64,000 bases of DNA, from contig CM052817.1 in assembly GCA_028534125.1 (NCBI GenBank), positions 90,088,001 to 90,152,000 on the forward strand, read 5' to 3'. Made by a program: the position numbers and the translations under genes. Positions within the stretch are counted from its first letter, which is position 1, and each line of letters opens with the position of its first letter. The notes under the pieces were generated by a model, which was given only the letters and a program-made list of their open reading frames with translations, searched no databases and was not told where the DNA came from. Origin of the DNA: Lama glama (taxonomy: Eukaryota). Below, piece after piece: positions 25,506 to 37,220 of this stretch.

Positions 25506-26119
25506 GGTCATAGGTTGATCTTCCATCCAATGGCATTATCTTCAATTTGTTTTGGGTAGAAGGCTTAAAATTTTTTCTATCAGACTCTAAATATCAGCTT
25601 TCAATAGCTGACCAACTCTTAGAACTACCTAATAAAAAACCTTTTAAATATCTTGTCAACTTTTTGGCCGGACAAACAGTAAATATATCTGAAAATATTG
25701 AATGATTCCTTGGACTCAAAAGGTATCCCCCAAAAGGGTGCAAAAGATATTTTATTTTTCTATCTCTGTTGGATACTACTGACAGAGATCTGGGAGAGCT
25801 GACTCTGTTATGAATTTTAATTTTATTTTATTTTCCCCTTGGCTATTAAATAGAATAACATAAGAGTTTACCAGAAAAAAAATCCCTCAGAGTCTCATCA
25901 ACTTTGGAAGAGGCGGGGTCCCCCATATGGAGTCCTCCTTCGAGGGAAGTTGTGGAAGTGTCTGTAAGGCCACTCACTTGGTGACTTTTGTTTCTAGTTC
26001 TGTAGTCTTTTTAGAGTGGAAAAACAATTCAGGAAGAGAATGACTAGAATGAGTGCCCAAGTAAAGGAAGGAGCGGAACCGCAGGAGTTATGTTAGTCTT
26101 ACAATCTTTTGTTTTAGGT

Positions 26120-26570
26120 ACCTCTTATATCTCTAATTTTTTTCATTAGCCTTTTACAACAAATCTTTCAATGAAGCTATTTTGGAATTTTGAAGTCTTT
26201 TTGGAGGCTTCTGCATATCAGGTAAAATAGGTATCCCATTCTGTTTGTTTGATTCAGAAGACCTTGTTTTTAAGTGCACTTTTAAAGTAACCTTATCTAA
26301 TTGGAATTCCTTCTATTGGCCCTTGTAACTCCCCTGAGGGCTGGTAGCAGTTCGGTAGGACTCTAGCTGTAAATGAAATTTAACCCACTTTTTTTGAATC
26401 TGTCATAGTTTTGAGTCTGGTCATATTTTGAGACCCTCAACCTGACAGTAACCAGACCAAGTTCTTAGGACACAGTAAGATTTTTGCCATTTTTGTAGAT
26501 ACCTACAGCTTCTGGAATTATAGTTCTTAGATATAAAATAAGTAGATGTGCTGGAAGGTGGCACATCTTG
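26120..26570 (-). pseudogene. gag: gag N-terminal (matrix-like) remnant
   Basis: 26570-26484 translates to QDVPPSSTSTYFISKNYNSRSCRYLQKWQ and 26253-26197 to IKQTEWDTYFT*YAEASKK. These resemble ERV1 gag N-termini as I recall them, and the position just after the leader fits. Confidence 0.55.
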
Positions 26571-26704
26571 ACTCTAGAAATTAAATATTTCAATTCTTTT
26601 AGTTAACCTTTATATACACAAAGGAAGACAAACAAGCATGTGCACCTAAATGTGTCTGCAGTAACCAATTTCTGCAGCCTGGCCAAGAAAAAGGCCCTGC
26701 ATGC

Positions 26705-26992
26705 ACCACCAACTCCCAGTGTGGAACCTGGAACTGGAAGAAAGGATTGAGACCTCAGATGGGATCTACAGACTGATTCCAAACAAATGGGGAACTGCAG
26801 CTGCCACCAGCAGTTTCCATCGTGGAATCTGGGGAAGGATTCCAAACAAATGGAGAGCTACAGACTACACCACCAGCAGTTCCCAATGTGGAATCTTGGG
26901 ACAGAACCAAGAGCTGGAGTTTCCAATCAAATGGGAAACTGTGGTTCAAGCTCCCAATGTGGAAATAGTGATTCCAGACAAATGGGGAACTG
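26705..26992. repeat. Degenerate tandem repeat (~50-80 bp period) in the ERV 5' leader
   Basis: A gattccaaacaaatgggga-like motif starts at 26775, 26838, 26919 and 26970, alternating with tcccaatgtggaa-like motifs. Confidence 0.85.
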
Positions 26993-27055
26993 ACTGGAAG
27001 ACCAATTAGATGGGGAGCTCAAAGCAAAGACAGCAGAGCTCAGAACCAAGAGGGA

Positions 27056-27063
27056 ACTCACCT
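27056..27063 (-). promoter_or_regulatory. Retroviral major splice donor
   Basis: Minus strand AG|GTGAGT, about 90 nt downstream of the PBS. Confidence 0.65.
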
Positions 27064-27152
27064 ACATCTCTCAGAAATGGCGAAAATGGGGTTTGCGGGT
27101 ATCATGCCTGTGTTTCTCATTGTCCCTGAATGCTGTTAGAACTTCTCTTTAG

Positions 27153-27170
27153 ATCCCATTGCTGCCACCA
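27153..27170 (-). other. Primer-binding site complementary to tRNA-Leu(AAG/UAG)
   Basis: Minus strand TGGTGGCAGCAATGGGAT versus the expected TGGTGGCAGCGGTGGGAT (16/18), separated from the end of the 5' LTR by 4 nt. Confidence 0.8.
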
Positions 27171-27174
27171 AAAC

Positions 27175-27544
27175 TGCTAAAAAAACAAAAATTCAATTGA
27201 GTGAAATTTAAAGCTCTAATCGGCTTTATTGAATAATTCATGAATCAGGCAGCAGCCATCTAGCAAGTAGAGAGGCGCTCCAAGGAGCTGTATGAAGTGA
27301 AAGGCTTTTATAGGCAGAAGGGGAGAAAGAGTTGACTGTTTCAAACTTAGGTAACCTACCTATAGGGGATGGAAGGAGCTATGTGGCAGACCATCTCCTT
27401 GGTGCTGACCAATTCCAGATTGACTGGGTAAGACTACATTCCCCTGGGACGTGGTAACTGCAATTAGATTAGGTATTAAGTCTTGGTTTACTGACATGGG
27501 CTTAGCACAAGTGACCTCATTTTGGGCCTGGAGTTTCTTTAACA
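27175..27544 (-). repeat. 5' LTR of the provirus
   Basis: tgctaaaaa...ctttaaca with TG..CA termini. Homologous to 24725-25100 and carries AATAAA on the minus strand (tttatt near 27225). Confidence 0.9.
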
Positions 27545-27944
27545 CATCCCTACTACAGACTGCGGTTTGTAGCCCTTCTGACATAGGGCCATATTGCCTT
27601 CTACTGCATTGTTTACATTTAATAACAGTTTATGCACACCCTTATTATTTATAAGAGTGAGTTATGAGCATGATAATCTCTAATCCTTCTCATATTTCTA
27701 AAGTTCTGGGGTTCATAATCTGGTCCATGATAAATTAAGTACAAAAGAAGGATATTCAAGATGATTGTGCTCATATAAACGTAAAAATTGAAATCTAAAG
27801 CACTTACATTTTAACCATACTTATAAAATTAGACAACAATTTGATTTTTTCCTATTTTCTAAGTTTTACTAGATTGTCCCAATGTAGTACAAAGTTTCAG
27901 AGACAGAGAAGAGGCTCATGAAAAGACATTGAAATAATGCACTT

Positions 27945-28160
27945 AAAATTCAGAGGTACTGGTTTCAATCCTGATTCTGCCATTTTCTAGTGCACTGACC
28001 TTGTCTATATGTATTAATGTGTCTGTATGTATTAACTCAGGATTGACAAGAAGAAGTAACAATAAACCAGTGGCACAAGATTTGAGTGAGACTTGAGGCA
28101 ACTGCTTAGAATCTGTGAAAGGCAAATAGTAAACTGCACAGCATTGTATCAATATTAGTG
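27945..28160 (+). mobile_element. MIR SINE (decayed)
   Basis: ctggtttcaatcctgattctgccattttctagtgcactgaccttg resembles the MIR head. Confidence 0.55.
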
Positions 28161-31100
28161 ACTGCTATTAGCTCTGGTTGTTTCTGAATTGTTAAACAAT
28201 TGATTTCAAACATGTAGGCAAAACTCTGGGATGTTTGAAAACCAGATACTGAAATCTACTAATAGTAATAGAAGAAGAGTAGCCGGTAGAAGAAATTCTA
28301 ATAGTATGCCACGCACCACGCATTGCTTTATGTGAAGGAGAGTGAATGAGAGCAGGAAAAAGAAAAAAGAAAAACAAAAGAAGCTCTTCACTGTTAAATA
28401 ACACTTGTGCCCAAGATGGAAAGCCTGTATAGAGATACTCTACCACCATATTCCTCATCCTATACATTAGTCAATAAATATTTACTGAATGAATTAATAG
28501 TTATGGACCAGAAAATTTTTAAAAGGTAAATGTAGGTTATTCTTGGATAAGTTTAGAAATGCCAGCCAGGAAATTTTAGTAGAAAAGAGGAATTTAAAAA
28601 TATCTCCCAATGAAAAGAAGCAAAATGATATATTTCTTTAATTCTAATTATTTTTATTATTTATTCTTTATTAGAAATTCCATGTAAGTAACTTAGGGGG
28701 AATTGATACTCAAAAAATAGCACATTTTAGTCTATAAAATGCCTGTAAAATTAAAAATGAGAACAGTCTTCGGCAGTCATAAAACTCAACTATAGCAGAG
28801 AATAGAAGATATTTCCGATCTTGCACAGAGTTGGCTTGAGTATGTGAAGAAAGACACAAAACTAAACTGTGAACTAAAATCACATTTCCCCCTTTCATTC
28901 AGAAAAAAAAAATCTTTGAGAAAAGATCAAACATAACTTTAAGAAAAAGATAAAAGGCACTAAAGTGAGTGACACTGATGGGGAATTGCATATAGTTGCC
29001 AAACTGGAATTCAAAACCATGCCTACATTTTTAGGAGTTAAAAGAAAAAAAACAACAAATGAAGATAATTGGTATTTCCTGAGCTTAAGGACTAGCCTTA
29101 ACAAGACATATGGTTTCAGTTTGGAATCTCCAGTTTCTTATGAAAATGTTACTATTTCTGTAGGCTCTTCATTTAAGGGAATGAGAAAAATTACTAATTA
29201 AACCAGAGCTAGTTTAGCTGATTTTTATTTTACCTTATCTTCTGGTTTTCATCTTTTTAACATGGTAAACAATAGGACTCTTTAGGAAAAAAAAAAGTTC
29301 TAGTAAGTAAGGAAAAAATAAAGCATTTAAAAATCATATTGTCTGCAATACATCCCAAATAGTATGTGTTAAAAAATCATGAATCTCCTTTACTCTAATT
29401 CTTTGGAGCTAAGAAGTTTTATCCATTTTTAATTTTACAAGTTTCAATGAACGAGACTGTGATATCCCTTGAATATCAGTTTACCACAAGTTATTTACCT
29501 GGCAACTCCAATAAGTAACAAAAATAATTTTCTCAAAGTTATGGCATGATATAATCAAGACAGCATTTGTTCTATGATGAATTAAATGCTAGTACAGCCT
29601 TGACAAGATGAACTTTGAACTTCCATTAGTGAAAGGAAGTCACCTTGTATCTTACAACTCAGTAACAAGAAAGCATACGTGTAAAACAAAGAACAGATTT
29701 TGCATATTCACATGTTTGAGTGGTTTTGCTTGAATTTTTTGGGTAACATTTCCAAAAAACAACTCCGTGTTTTTGCCAGTTCATTAACTTATTCTTAGTT
29801 TTCTATTTGTAAATTACTCAGTAGTCATCCAGTACTAGTAGAAAATAACAAAATTTGAAACTCTTCCTATAAAAATAATGATTTCCAGCCAACTTATAAA
29901 CAAGCTTTGTGTTAATATACCTTCCCTTTTGTTGTGGTCCTGTCTCATTAAGACATCTTTAGTTGGTCATAAATAGTCTCTGATTAAAAAGCTCGGCTCT
30001 GAACCAATGTGGTTATTTGGGTCTGGTCTACACAAACAACATTTGCTGTGGCTACATGGATTTTTATTTACCTCTGCAGCATTTGTTCCTCTGATCCTGA
30101 GAGCCTCAGAAAAAGAAAGGAATGTTCAGGGATTTTACGGTAGAATGACATTTGCTTTCTAAGGTTGGCAGCCACCATTAAGTCCAGGTTTGTTTCCTCT
30201 GGGCTGTTTCTTTCTAATTAGCTTGCCTTTGTGTGATTTCTTTTCTACATATGGCACTCACAGATCTTTGAAAACTGAAACGCACACACATACAAATGGT
30301 TGTGAATTCAACATGCATTCAACTTGCCTATCAAGAGTATGGAAATTTACAAAATAACAGCGCTATTTGGATAAACCCTAAAGCATTTACCAACAGTAAT
30401 CATCTCCTACTTGGGTTTACTGAGGATTATGCTTTTGTGTTGTAAAAGTTATAAAATTAAAAATGGATTTAGAATGGTAAGTCAGCAGAAGCTGCTAGAA
30501 GGGATGGTGCCATAGAAGAGAAAAGAGACTTTGCAAGGAAATAGGAATGAAGTGGTTTGTAGATTTATTCAAGGGGCGGAGAGTTATAGTGAATTAACAA
30601 TTACATTTAATTAACTAAATAAGAACAATTTATTCAGGAAAGACCCCAAAATTATAGGCATTTTTTTTCCTAGGAAGGAAGTATGAGGCTTCGGTGGGGG
30701 AGACTTATAAAGAAATAAATGTTTCATTCCGAGGGCCAGGAGAATTATTGAATGATTTCACAGAAGGCAGCTCTCATCTAAACATAAAGGGAAATACCAA
30801 GAGCCTGACAAGAAGAGAATGGCCCACTACCACTTGGAGACATAGCAAATTGATCAATTTGATAGACACATAATTAGAACAGTATTATTATCTTAATAAT
30901 CTTCACCCTCCCTGTGAATCTTTACCTGTACTCTCATGAAGGCTTCATGCATTCTCCTTCCTGACCCCACAGAATGTTAAAGTCCAATATAAACATCTAT
31001 TGAGACTCTTACCGTATTGCTTTGATTGTTGGTTTTACTTTTTCATCTCTTCCAGGAGACTAGCATAGAACCTTATGTGTAGTTGGTTCTCTAAAATATT

Positions 31101-31229
31101 TCTTAAATTAGAAAAATCAAGTTCATTTCCACTGTTTGCTGTAGTGCATCTCCCTGTTTGTGTGTTTTATGCCATACATTCCTCCTCTTATAGAAAATCC
31201 ATTTGAGAATAAAAATTTAAGTCCAATTA

Positions 31230-32372
31230 TGATCAGGAGAATGAGAAAACAAACCACAGACTGGGAGAAAATATTTGCAAAAGACACATCCAGTCAAGAA
31301 CTGTTATCTAAAATATACAAAGAACTAGGCAATAAGAAAACAAAAAACCTAATTAAAAGATGGAGCAAAGACTTTAACAGACACCTCAGCAAAGAAAATA
31401 TACAGCTGGCAAATCAGCATATGAAAACATGCTCCATATATATGTCATCAGGGAAATGCAAATTAAAACAACACTGAGATACTACTACTTACCTATTAGA
31501 ATGGTCAAAACTTGGAACACTAGCGTTACAAAATGCTGGTGAAGATGTGGAGCAAAAAGGACTCACATTCGTTTCTGATGGGACTCTAAAATAGTCCAGC
31601 CACTCTGAAAGATACTTTGGTGATTTCTTAGAAAACTAAACACACTCTTATCATATGATCCAGCAATCTCACTCCTTGGTATTTACCCAAGAGAGATCAT
31701 AACTTATAACCACACAAGCCTGTACATGATGTTAATAGCAACTTTGTTCATAATTCCAAAACTTGGAAGCAACCAAGATGTGCTTCCGTGTAGGTGAATG
31801 GAAAAATAAACTGTGATAGATACAGACAATGGAATATTATTCAACGTTAAAAAGAAATGAGCTGTGAAATCATAAAAAGACATAAAGAAAAGTTAAATGC
31901 ATATTACTACTAAGTGAAAAAGGCCAATATGAAAATGCTACATGCTTTATGCTCCAATTATATGACATTCTAGAAAAGGCAAAACTATGAAGATAGTGAA
32001 AAAAGAAAAAAAACCGTGGTTGTAAGGAGTCAGGTGGGAGAGGGTTAAATAGGTAGAGCACAGAGGATTTTTAGGACAGTGAAAATCCTCTGTATGATAC
32101 CATAATGATGGCTGCAAGTCATTATACATGTGTTCAAATCGATAGAATATACAACACCAAGAATGAATAGTAATGTAAGCTATGGACTTTGGGTGATTAT
32201 GTGTCAGTGTAGGTTCATCAGTTGTACAAAGGAACCACTCCGGAGGGGGATAGTGATGATAGGGGAGATTGTGCACGTGTGGGGAAAGGAGCTACATGGG
32301 AAATGTCTGTACTTTCCCCTCAGTTTTGTGGTGAACTTAAAATTGCTCTAAAAATAGTCTTAATAAAAAATA
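31230..32372 (+). mobile_element. L1MC1-like LINE: end of ORF2, 3' UTR and A tail
   Basis: ORF 31160-31477 contains RMRKQTTDWEKIFAKDTSSQELLSKIYKEL...NLIKRWSKDFNRHLSKENIQLANQHMKTCS (L1 ORF2 C-terminus). The 3' UTR has the L1MC1-type tatggactttgggtgattatgtgtcagtgtaggttcatc. Confidence 0.92.
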
Positions 32373-35185
32373 AATGGAAAATGCTATTATGATTCATACA
32401 AATAAATGAAAGAAATGGGGAGAAGTAAAGAACATGACTTCTAGTCTAGACTCTTAGTTCGCCTCTCTTAAGATGGAGCAGTAGAATCCTAATAGCTATG
32501 AAAATTAAGAAGCTCATTTTAGGACTACGTGAAGGATAAGGCTAGAATTTTACAGCAGGAACTAGGAGACTGGCCAGGCTGAAGGCAATATTGTCCAAAA
32601 ACTTTGAATCAATTCTTGCCACTAATGGTTCACAGTTGAGAGAGTTTGATGAATAGAGACAAAGTAGATGAGACTTAACTGAGCTGTCTGTATGGCTGAA
32701 TGTCCTTGACACATATGTTTGGGACCTGGGACCTGATGGATGTGTTTTGCTACCATATAATCAAAGGAAGTAGTATATGTGGACCTCCACCACTCAACAT
32801 AGCTTTCAGGTTAATTTAATTGGATTGATAAATTTTATTCAATAGTAAATAAGGCCTACTTATATGTGTACAACCAATAAAAATGTTCATGGCTGTTTTC
32901 TAAGATAAGTAGTATGAGCTAAATGCAAGTAATTACAGGTCTGCAAATAAGGAAAAATGTATGTGCACTGTAGTTGCACTGACATGATGATTCTGATAAT
33001 TGGTTATGTAGGTGCACAGTGGGAATTTTGGCGTGGCACATGCTCACAGAACAACAAAGGATCCTTTTATATTATATATTACTCTGTTTCTGTTTTGAGT
33101 GTTGTTGTTGCTGCCCTGGGATGAACTGGGGAGTTGGGTCCAAAAGTTTTAATGAAACATTCTGAAACCAACCTAGTTGGTAATTTGATCAGCAACACTC
33201 ATCTTTGCCCTCCTCTTTTGTCTCCTTACTCTACTGTTTTTCATATCCTGCAGGTCCAAGGATAGCAGTGATCAGTCTGAGTTTTTTCTTTCTTTGGCCA
33301 ACATTAGAAGTCAAGATGAGGGTGTATACTTTTATTAGATTTGCTAAAATGTTTTAATTTATAACACACAAACTCATTTAGAATATATGCAGCTTAACCC
33401 TCAATTTGCCAGGAAAAATATTCAGAACTATTTACTCTCTGGGCCTAATGAACACCTTGAATTTAATTTTAAAAATATTTTATTTTACAAGTAACCTGTA
33501 AAACATTTAAATTAAAAGTTTATGTAATTTTTATTAAAAATTTAATCATAATTTAGTCACAGTAAACTATCAAATTTTAACAGTAGTATCAAGACAGTTA
33601 CCGTTTTTATGAAGTAGGTTTTGGCATGACGCTTCATAAAATACGAAATGATATAGTCATACATCCTTCTAAAAAATGTGATGTCTAGATTTTTGTCAAA
33701 AGTTTTATGTTATGAAGTCCTTCTTCCTGATAATTGGCTAACTGGATGAGAAAACCATATTACCTTTTTGTCCTTAGAAGTATATTGTTTCCTCTTCCAT
33801 GTTGAGTTTGAAAAGTTTTTGTAAGGTTTCATCAATCTGAAGACCTACAGTCTGAGATTTTGCTTATATGACCCATATCACCATCCCATAGTAGTCCAGA
33901 GTGCTGTTCTCATTCCCTTTGCATTCATCTTCTGATTTGTCTAATGATTGTGAAATGTCTTTCTCTGTCAATATCCATCTCTTTGCTCAGATAGGCAGAA
34001 AAAAATTCAGAGATTTTACTGTGTTCAATGAAAGCTAAAAGCAGACTACAAAAAATAATGACAGGCAGATTTCTTTTATGCCTTCTTGAAAGATGATGCA
34101 TTACTTTGGACAGACAACACAGTAAGAAAGCTGAAGAATAACAATTTATTTCACTTTTGTATTATCCCTCTAAATGTTTCTCATCATTCTTCTTTATTCT
34201 TGTTATTTTAAGATTTTTTGGATAGTTGAGAAGAACTGATGTGTAATGAAGAGTTAAGATGAAATAATTTCTAGAGTTATGAAATACCAGCATATTTCAA
34301 GATATATGAAAAATAGATCATTAATTTCACATAATAAATCTTTTAATCCTTTTTTTTTAAAAATTAAAGTGTCCATGGACTCACATGGTAATTACAAAAT
34401 AGAATGAGTTTTATTCTGTTAAAAAGCTTTATCTTTGAACTTTGGAAATCTTTAAGGAAGAACAAGACTCATGAAATATCAACCCTTACCAAATGATTAA
34501 AGAAAGAAACTCAAAAGTTAAAATTGCATCTAATGATCCCTGAGTCTAATAACATTCAGCAATACTGAAAGTGAAAGTAATGAAGCTAGGAGGCCAAGGA
34601 TATACACAAGTCAGTAGACAGTGAAATAATCAAAGATTGTGTACTGAATGCATCTGCATAGATGTTCTGAAATTTTGGAGAAAAAGTCACCTTCTACATG
34701 AAATAAACTAAGAATATAATAATAACTTGTATATTCCAAAATTGTGATTTCCATATGCTTTAAAAAGTCAAGTTGCTGAAAAATAAGTAATCTAATCTTT
34801 TGATGTTAAATAAAAAAAACTTATATAAAGAATCTTATTTTATTATATATCATTATTTTGGCTTCACATAAATCCAATTCTGAATGACTTTTAAGTTTTA
34901 CCCATCTTTAATTTATAAGAGTAACCCTCTGTAAAATTATGTTTGGTGATCTGAGTAATACCAAGAATATCACGTCTAAACTCTTTTCTTACCCAGTAGT
35001 TTTTGTAATATTAGTTTAATTCTTATTAAAAAATCTTAAAATTCATGTTTAAGGAGGTATAGTTTGTGCATTAGTTTGATTTAGTTTTGTATACTTGTTT
35101 TCAGACTGCATATTCTAAAAAAGAATTTGCGATATATGTTTTCAGGATATAGATGTTTCATTGGCTGGTAAGTAGAAACATGCCC

Positions 35186-35325
35186 CCCCTTTTTTTTCTG
35201 GGTGACTGTGTTTCGCTTTTTATTTTATTTTATTTTTCCCTTAATAGAGGCACTGGGGTTTGAACCCAGGACCTCGTGCAACCAAGCGTGCACTCTACCA
35301 CTGAGCTATACCCTCTGCCCCCCAA
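35186..35325 (-). mobile_element. tRNA-derived SINE, camelid Vic-1-like, with TSD
   Basis: Minus strand gagggtaTAGCTCAGTGGtagagtgcacgcttggttgcacgaggtcctgGGTTCAAACCccagtgcctc (A and B boxes) with an A-rich tail. TSD aaacatgccc at 35176-35185 and 35326-35335. Confidence 0.88.
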
Positions 35326-35717
35326 AAACATGCCCTTTTGAAGGAGGGACAATGCCGTCTGGAGAATGACTCTATATCCAGTCAGAGGACCTCATGAGTG
35401 TAGTTAGAGCCCATGTCCCAGAGAAAACAGATGTTTTGGCAAAGGAGTATTATACAAAGGGGGACGCAATCTCACTGCCACCAGACTCTTCCACGTGTTT
35501 GGTCACTCCAGTGATTCGGTTTCCTCGGCCCCTTATAAGCCTGACTTACACATATGACTATCTCTCCAGAAACGTGTGTATGTCTATCACAGAGAGAGTT
35601 CGGAAACTGCAGCGGTGGTATGTGCTTCTGTTGGGACACAAGCCTCAATCCATTCAACCAAGTATAGACAAAGAGAATATGAATGCTTTAGTGCTTCCTT
35701 GGCTTCTTCCCTACAGT

Positions 35718-35836
35718 GAAGAATAAGAAGGAGGAAGAGAGGAGGAAAAAAGAAGAGAAGAGGAAGATGGGGAGGGGAAGGAAAAGGGGAGGCAGCAAAG
35801 GGAAAAGGGAGGAAGGAAGAAAACTGAAAAAAAAAA
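35718..35836. repeat. Polypurine (GA-rich) low-complexity tract
   Basis: About 120 nt of almost pure A/G on the + strand. Confidence 0.9.
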
Positions 35837-37039
35837 CATTTGAAACAAGTTTTGGAGAACTTAAAAGAGAAAATATAGATGTCATTTTGCACTGTCACTC
35901 AGATATGCAGACTGATATGGTTGCCAGCATCTCTCAGAAATCATAGAGGGATCACTTGACAGACTGGGGATAAAGCCAACAGGAGGACTGTGTTATTCTG
36001 GTTTAGCTCGCATGATATATTCATCTTGAACAACAGGGGGTAAATTTTCTAAGTAGGTCACTGGGGATTCCCACAAATCCCATTAGCTGGTAATAGGATT
36101 TGTGTGCATAAATTCTCTTGCCCTGAAATTTTAGATTTTGGTGTTTAATTTTCCATATGATCTTCATACCCATTAGTGTAAATCAGAAGGAGCTTCTCTG
36201 GGAAATTTCACATAGGTTTTTTTTTTTCCTTTTGTTTATTCTTTTCTAAAAAGACAACTTTTTCCAAAGGTTAATCTTTGCAAAGTTCTTTAGTGCCTGA
36301 AAGCATTCGAGGGGGGATTATATAGTAGAGAAAATCTTGAAATACAGTTATTCATGTTTGTTAGCTTATTAGGAAGAGCTCTAAGGGAAAAAAGTAACCC
36401 ATTTCTTTTGCTATACTTCTAAACTATTAGAACAAACAACATTATAGTCATGTATTTGTAAAATACTCTGCTGGTTAATTTTTATATAATCAAGTAAATG
36501 TAATTTTTGTTTGCCCACAGTGGGTATCCAAGATAATCTTACCAATTTTGATTTTGTGGGAGAAAATTCTGTCTTTGGATCCAAATTGAGGATCATTAAC
36601 TTTTTCAGCTGATGATGGTTAAGAAAAGCAGTGTCAGCCATCCCCTGTGAACTTAGGGGAGGAATACAAGAAATAGTCACAATTGGGGGAAAAAAACCTT
36701 GATAGGCTTCTCTGAGTGTTGGTTTTAACTTTTAGGGTTTTTTGAACCCCAAATCAAAGTGAAAACACAAGAGTTTTTTTCTTTGCATACAGACATGTAA
36801 AATAAGGGTAAAAAATTTGTGTCCTGAGTTCCTTCAGTTGAGTTTCACATGGTTCCTTTTGACAAAATAATAAAAGTCTTATTATTTACGATAGGTAATT
36901 GTACTGCTTAGTAGTAGCAATGACCATGCAATATAATATCACTAGTTTAAACAAAAATTAGGAGAGCATAATAAGGATACTGTGGGACACATATCTTTGG
37001 TTAGAAAAGAATGGAGGCTGCCTATAACAACAATAAATT

Positions 37040-37220
37040 ACTCCAATATGTTTTTCTCATTTATCCCTCTTAATAAACAGAAAAAAAATAGATATTATCC
37101 ACATTTCAGCAAAGGAAGACAAAGATGCTTAGAAAACTTAGTTTCCTAAGCATATACAGTTAGTTGTTGCCTCACTTCAGTAACCTGGTTCTGCCTCATT
37201 CCAAAGGCATCTCCCTACTC
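37040..37220 (-). mobile_element. MIR SINE (decayed)
   Basis: tctcatttatccctc...tagatattatccacatttcagcaaaggaagac...cctaagcatatacagttagt. Confidence 0.55.

Larger units (their letters stand above)
24725..27544 (-). mobile_element. Two-LTR, internally deleted ERV1-class provirus (MER57/MER4-group-like), 2.8 kb
   Basis: Homologous ~370 bp direct repeats at both ends. PBS next to the right LTR, PPT next to the left LTR, and gag- and env-like remnants in retroviral order on the minus strand. Confidence 0.92.

Noticed and set aside
26705..26992. Repeat-spacer pattern superficially like a CRISPR array
   Set aside because: The repeats are degenerate, the spacing is irregular, the 'spacers' resemble each other, there are no cas genes, and it lies inside a mammalian ERV leader.
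33602..33645. Inverted repeat ttttatgaag/cttcataaaa
   Set aside because: A short AT-rich stem compatible with chance. Bacterial terminator logic does not apply here.
35245..35320. Possible tRNA gene
   Set aside because: A and B boxes are present, but there is no proper acceptor stem. The A-rich tail and TSD identify it as a SINE.
35394..35946. ORFs of 110 aa and 76 aa (the latter K/E/R/G-rich)
   Set aside because: No recognisable homology. The charged peptide is simply the translation of the polypurine tract.
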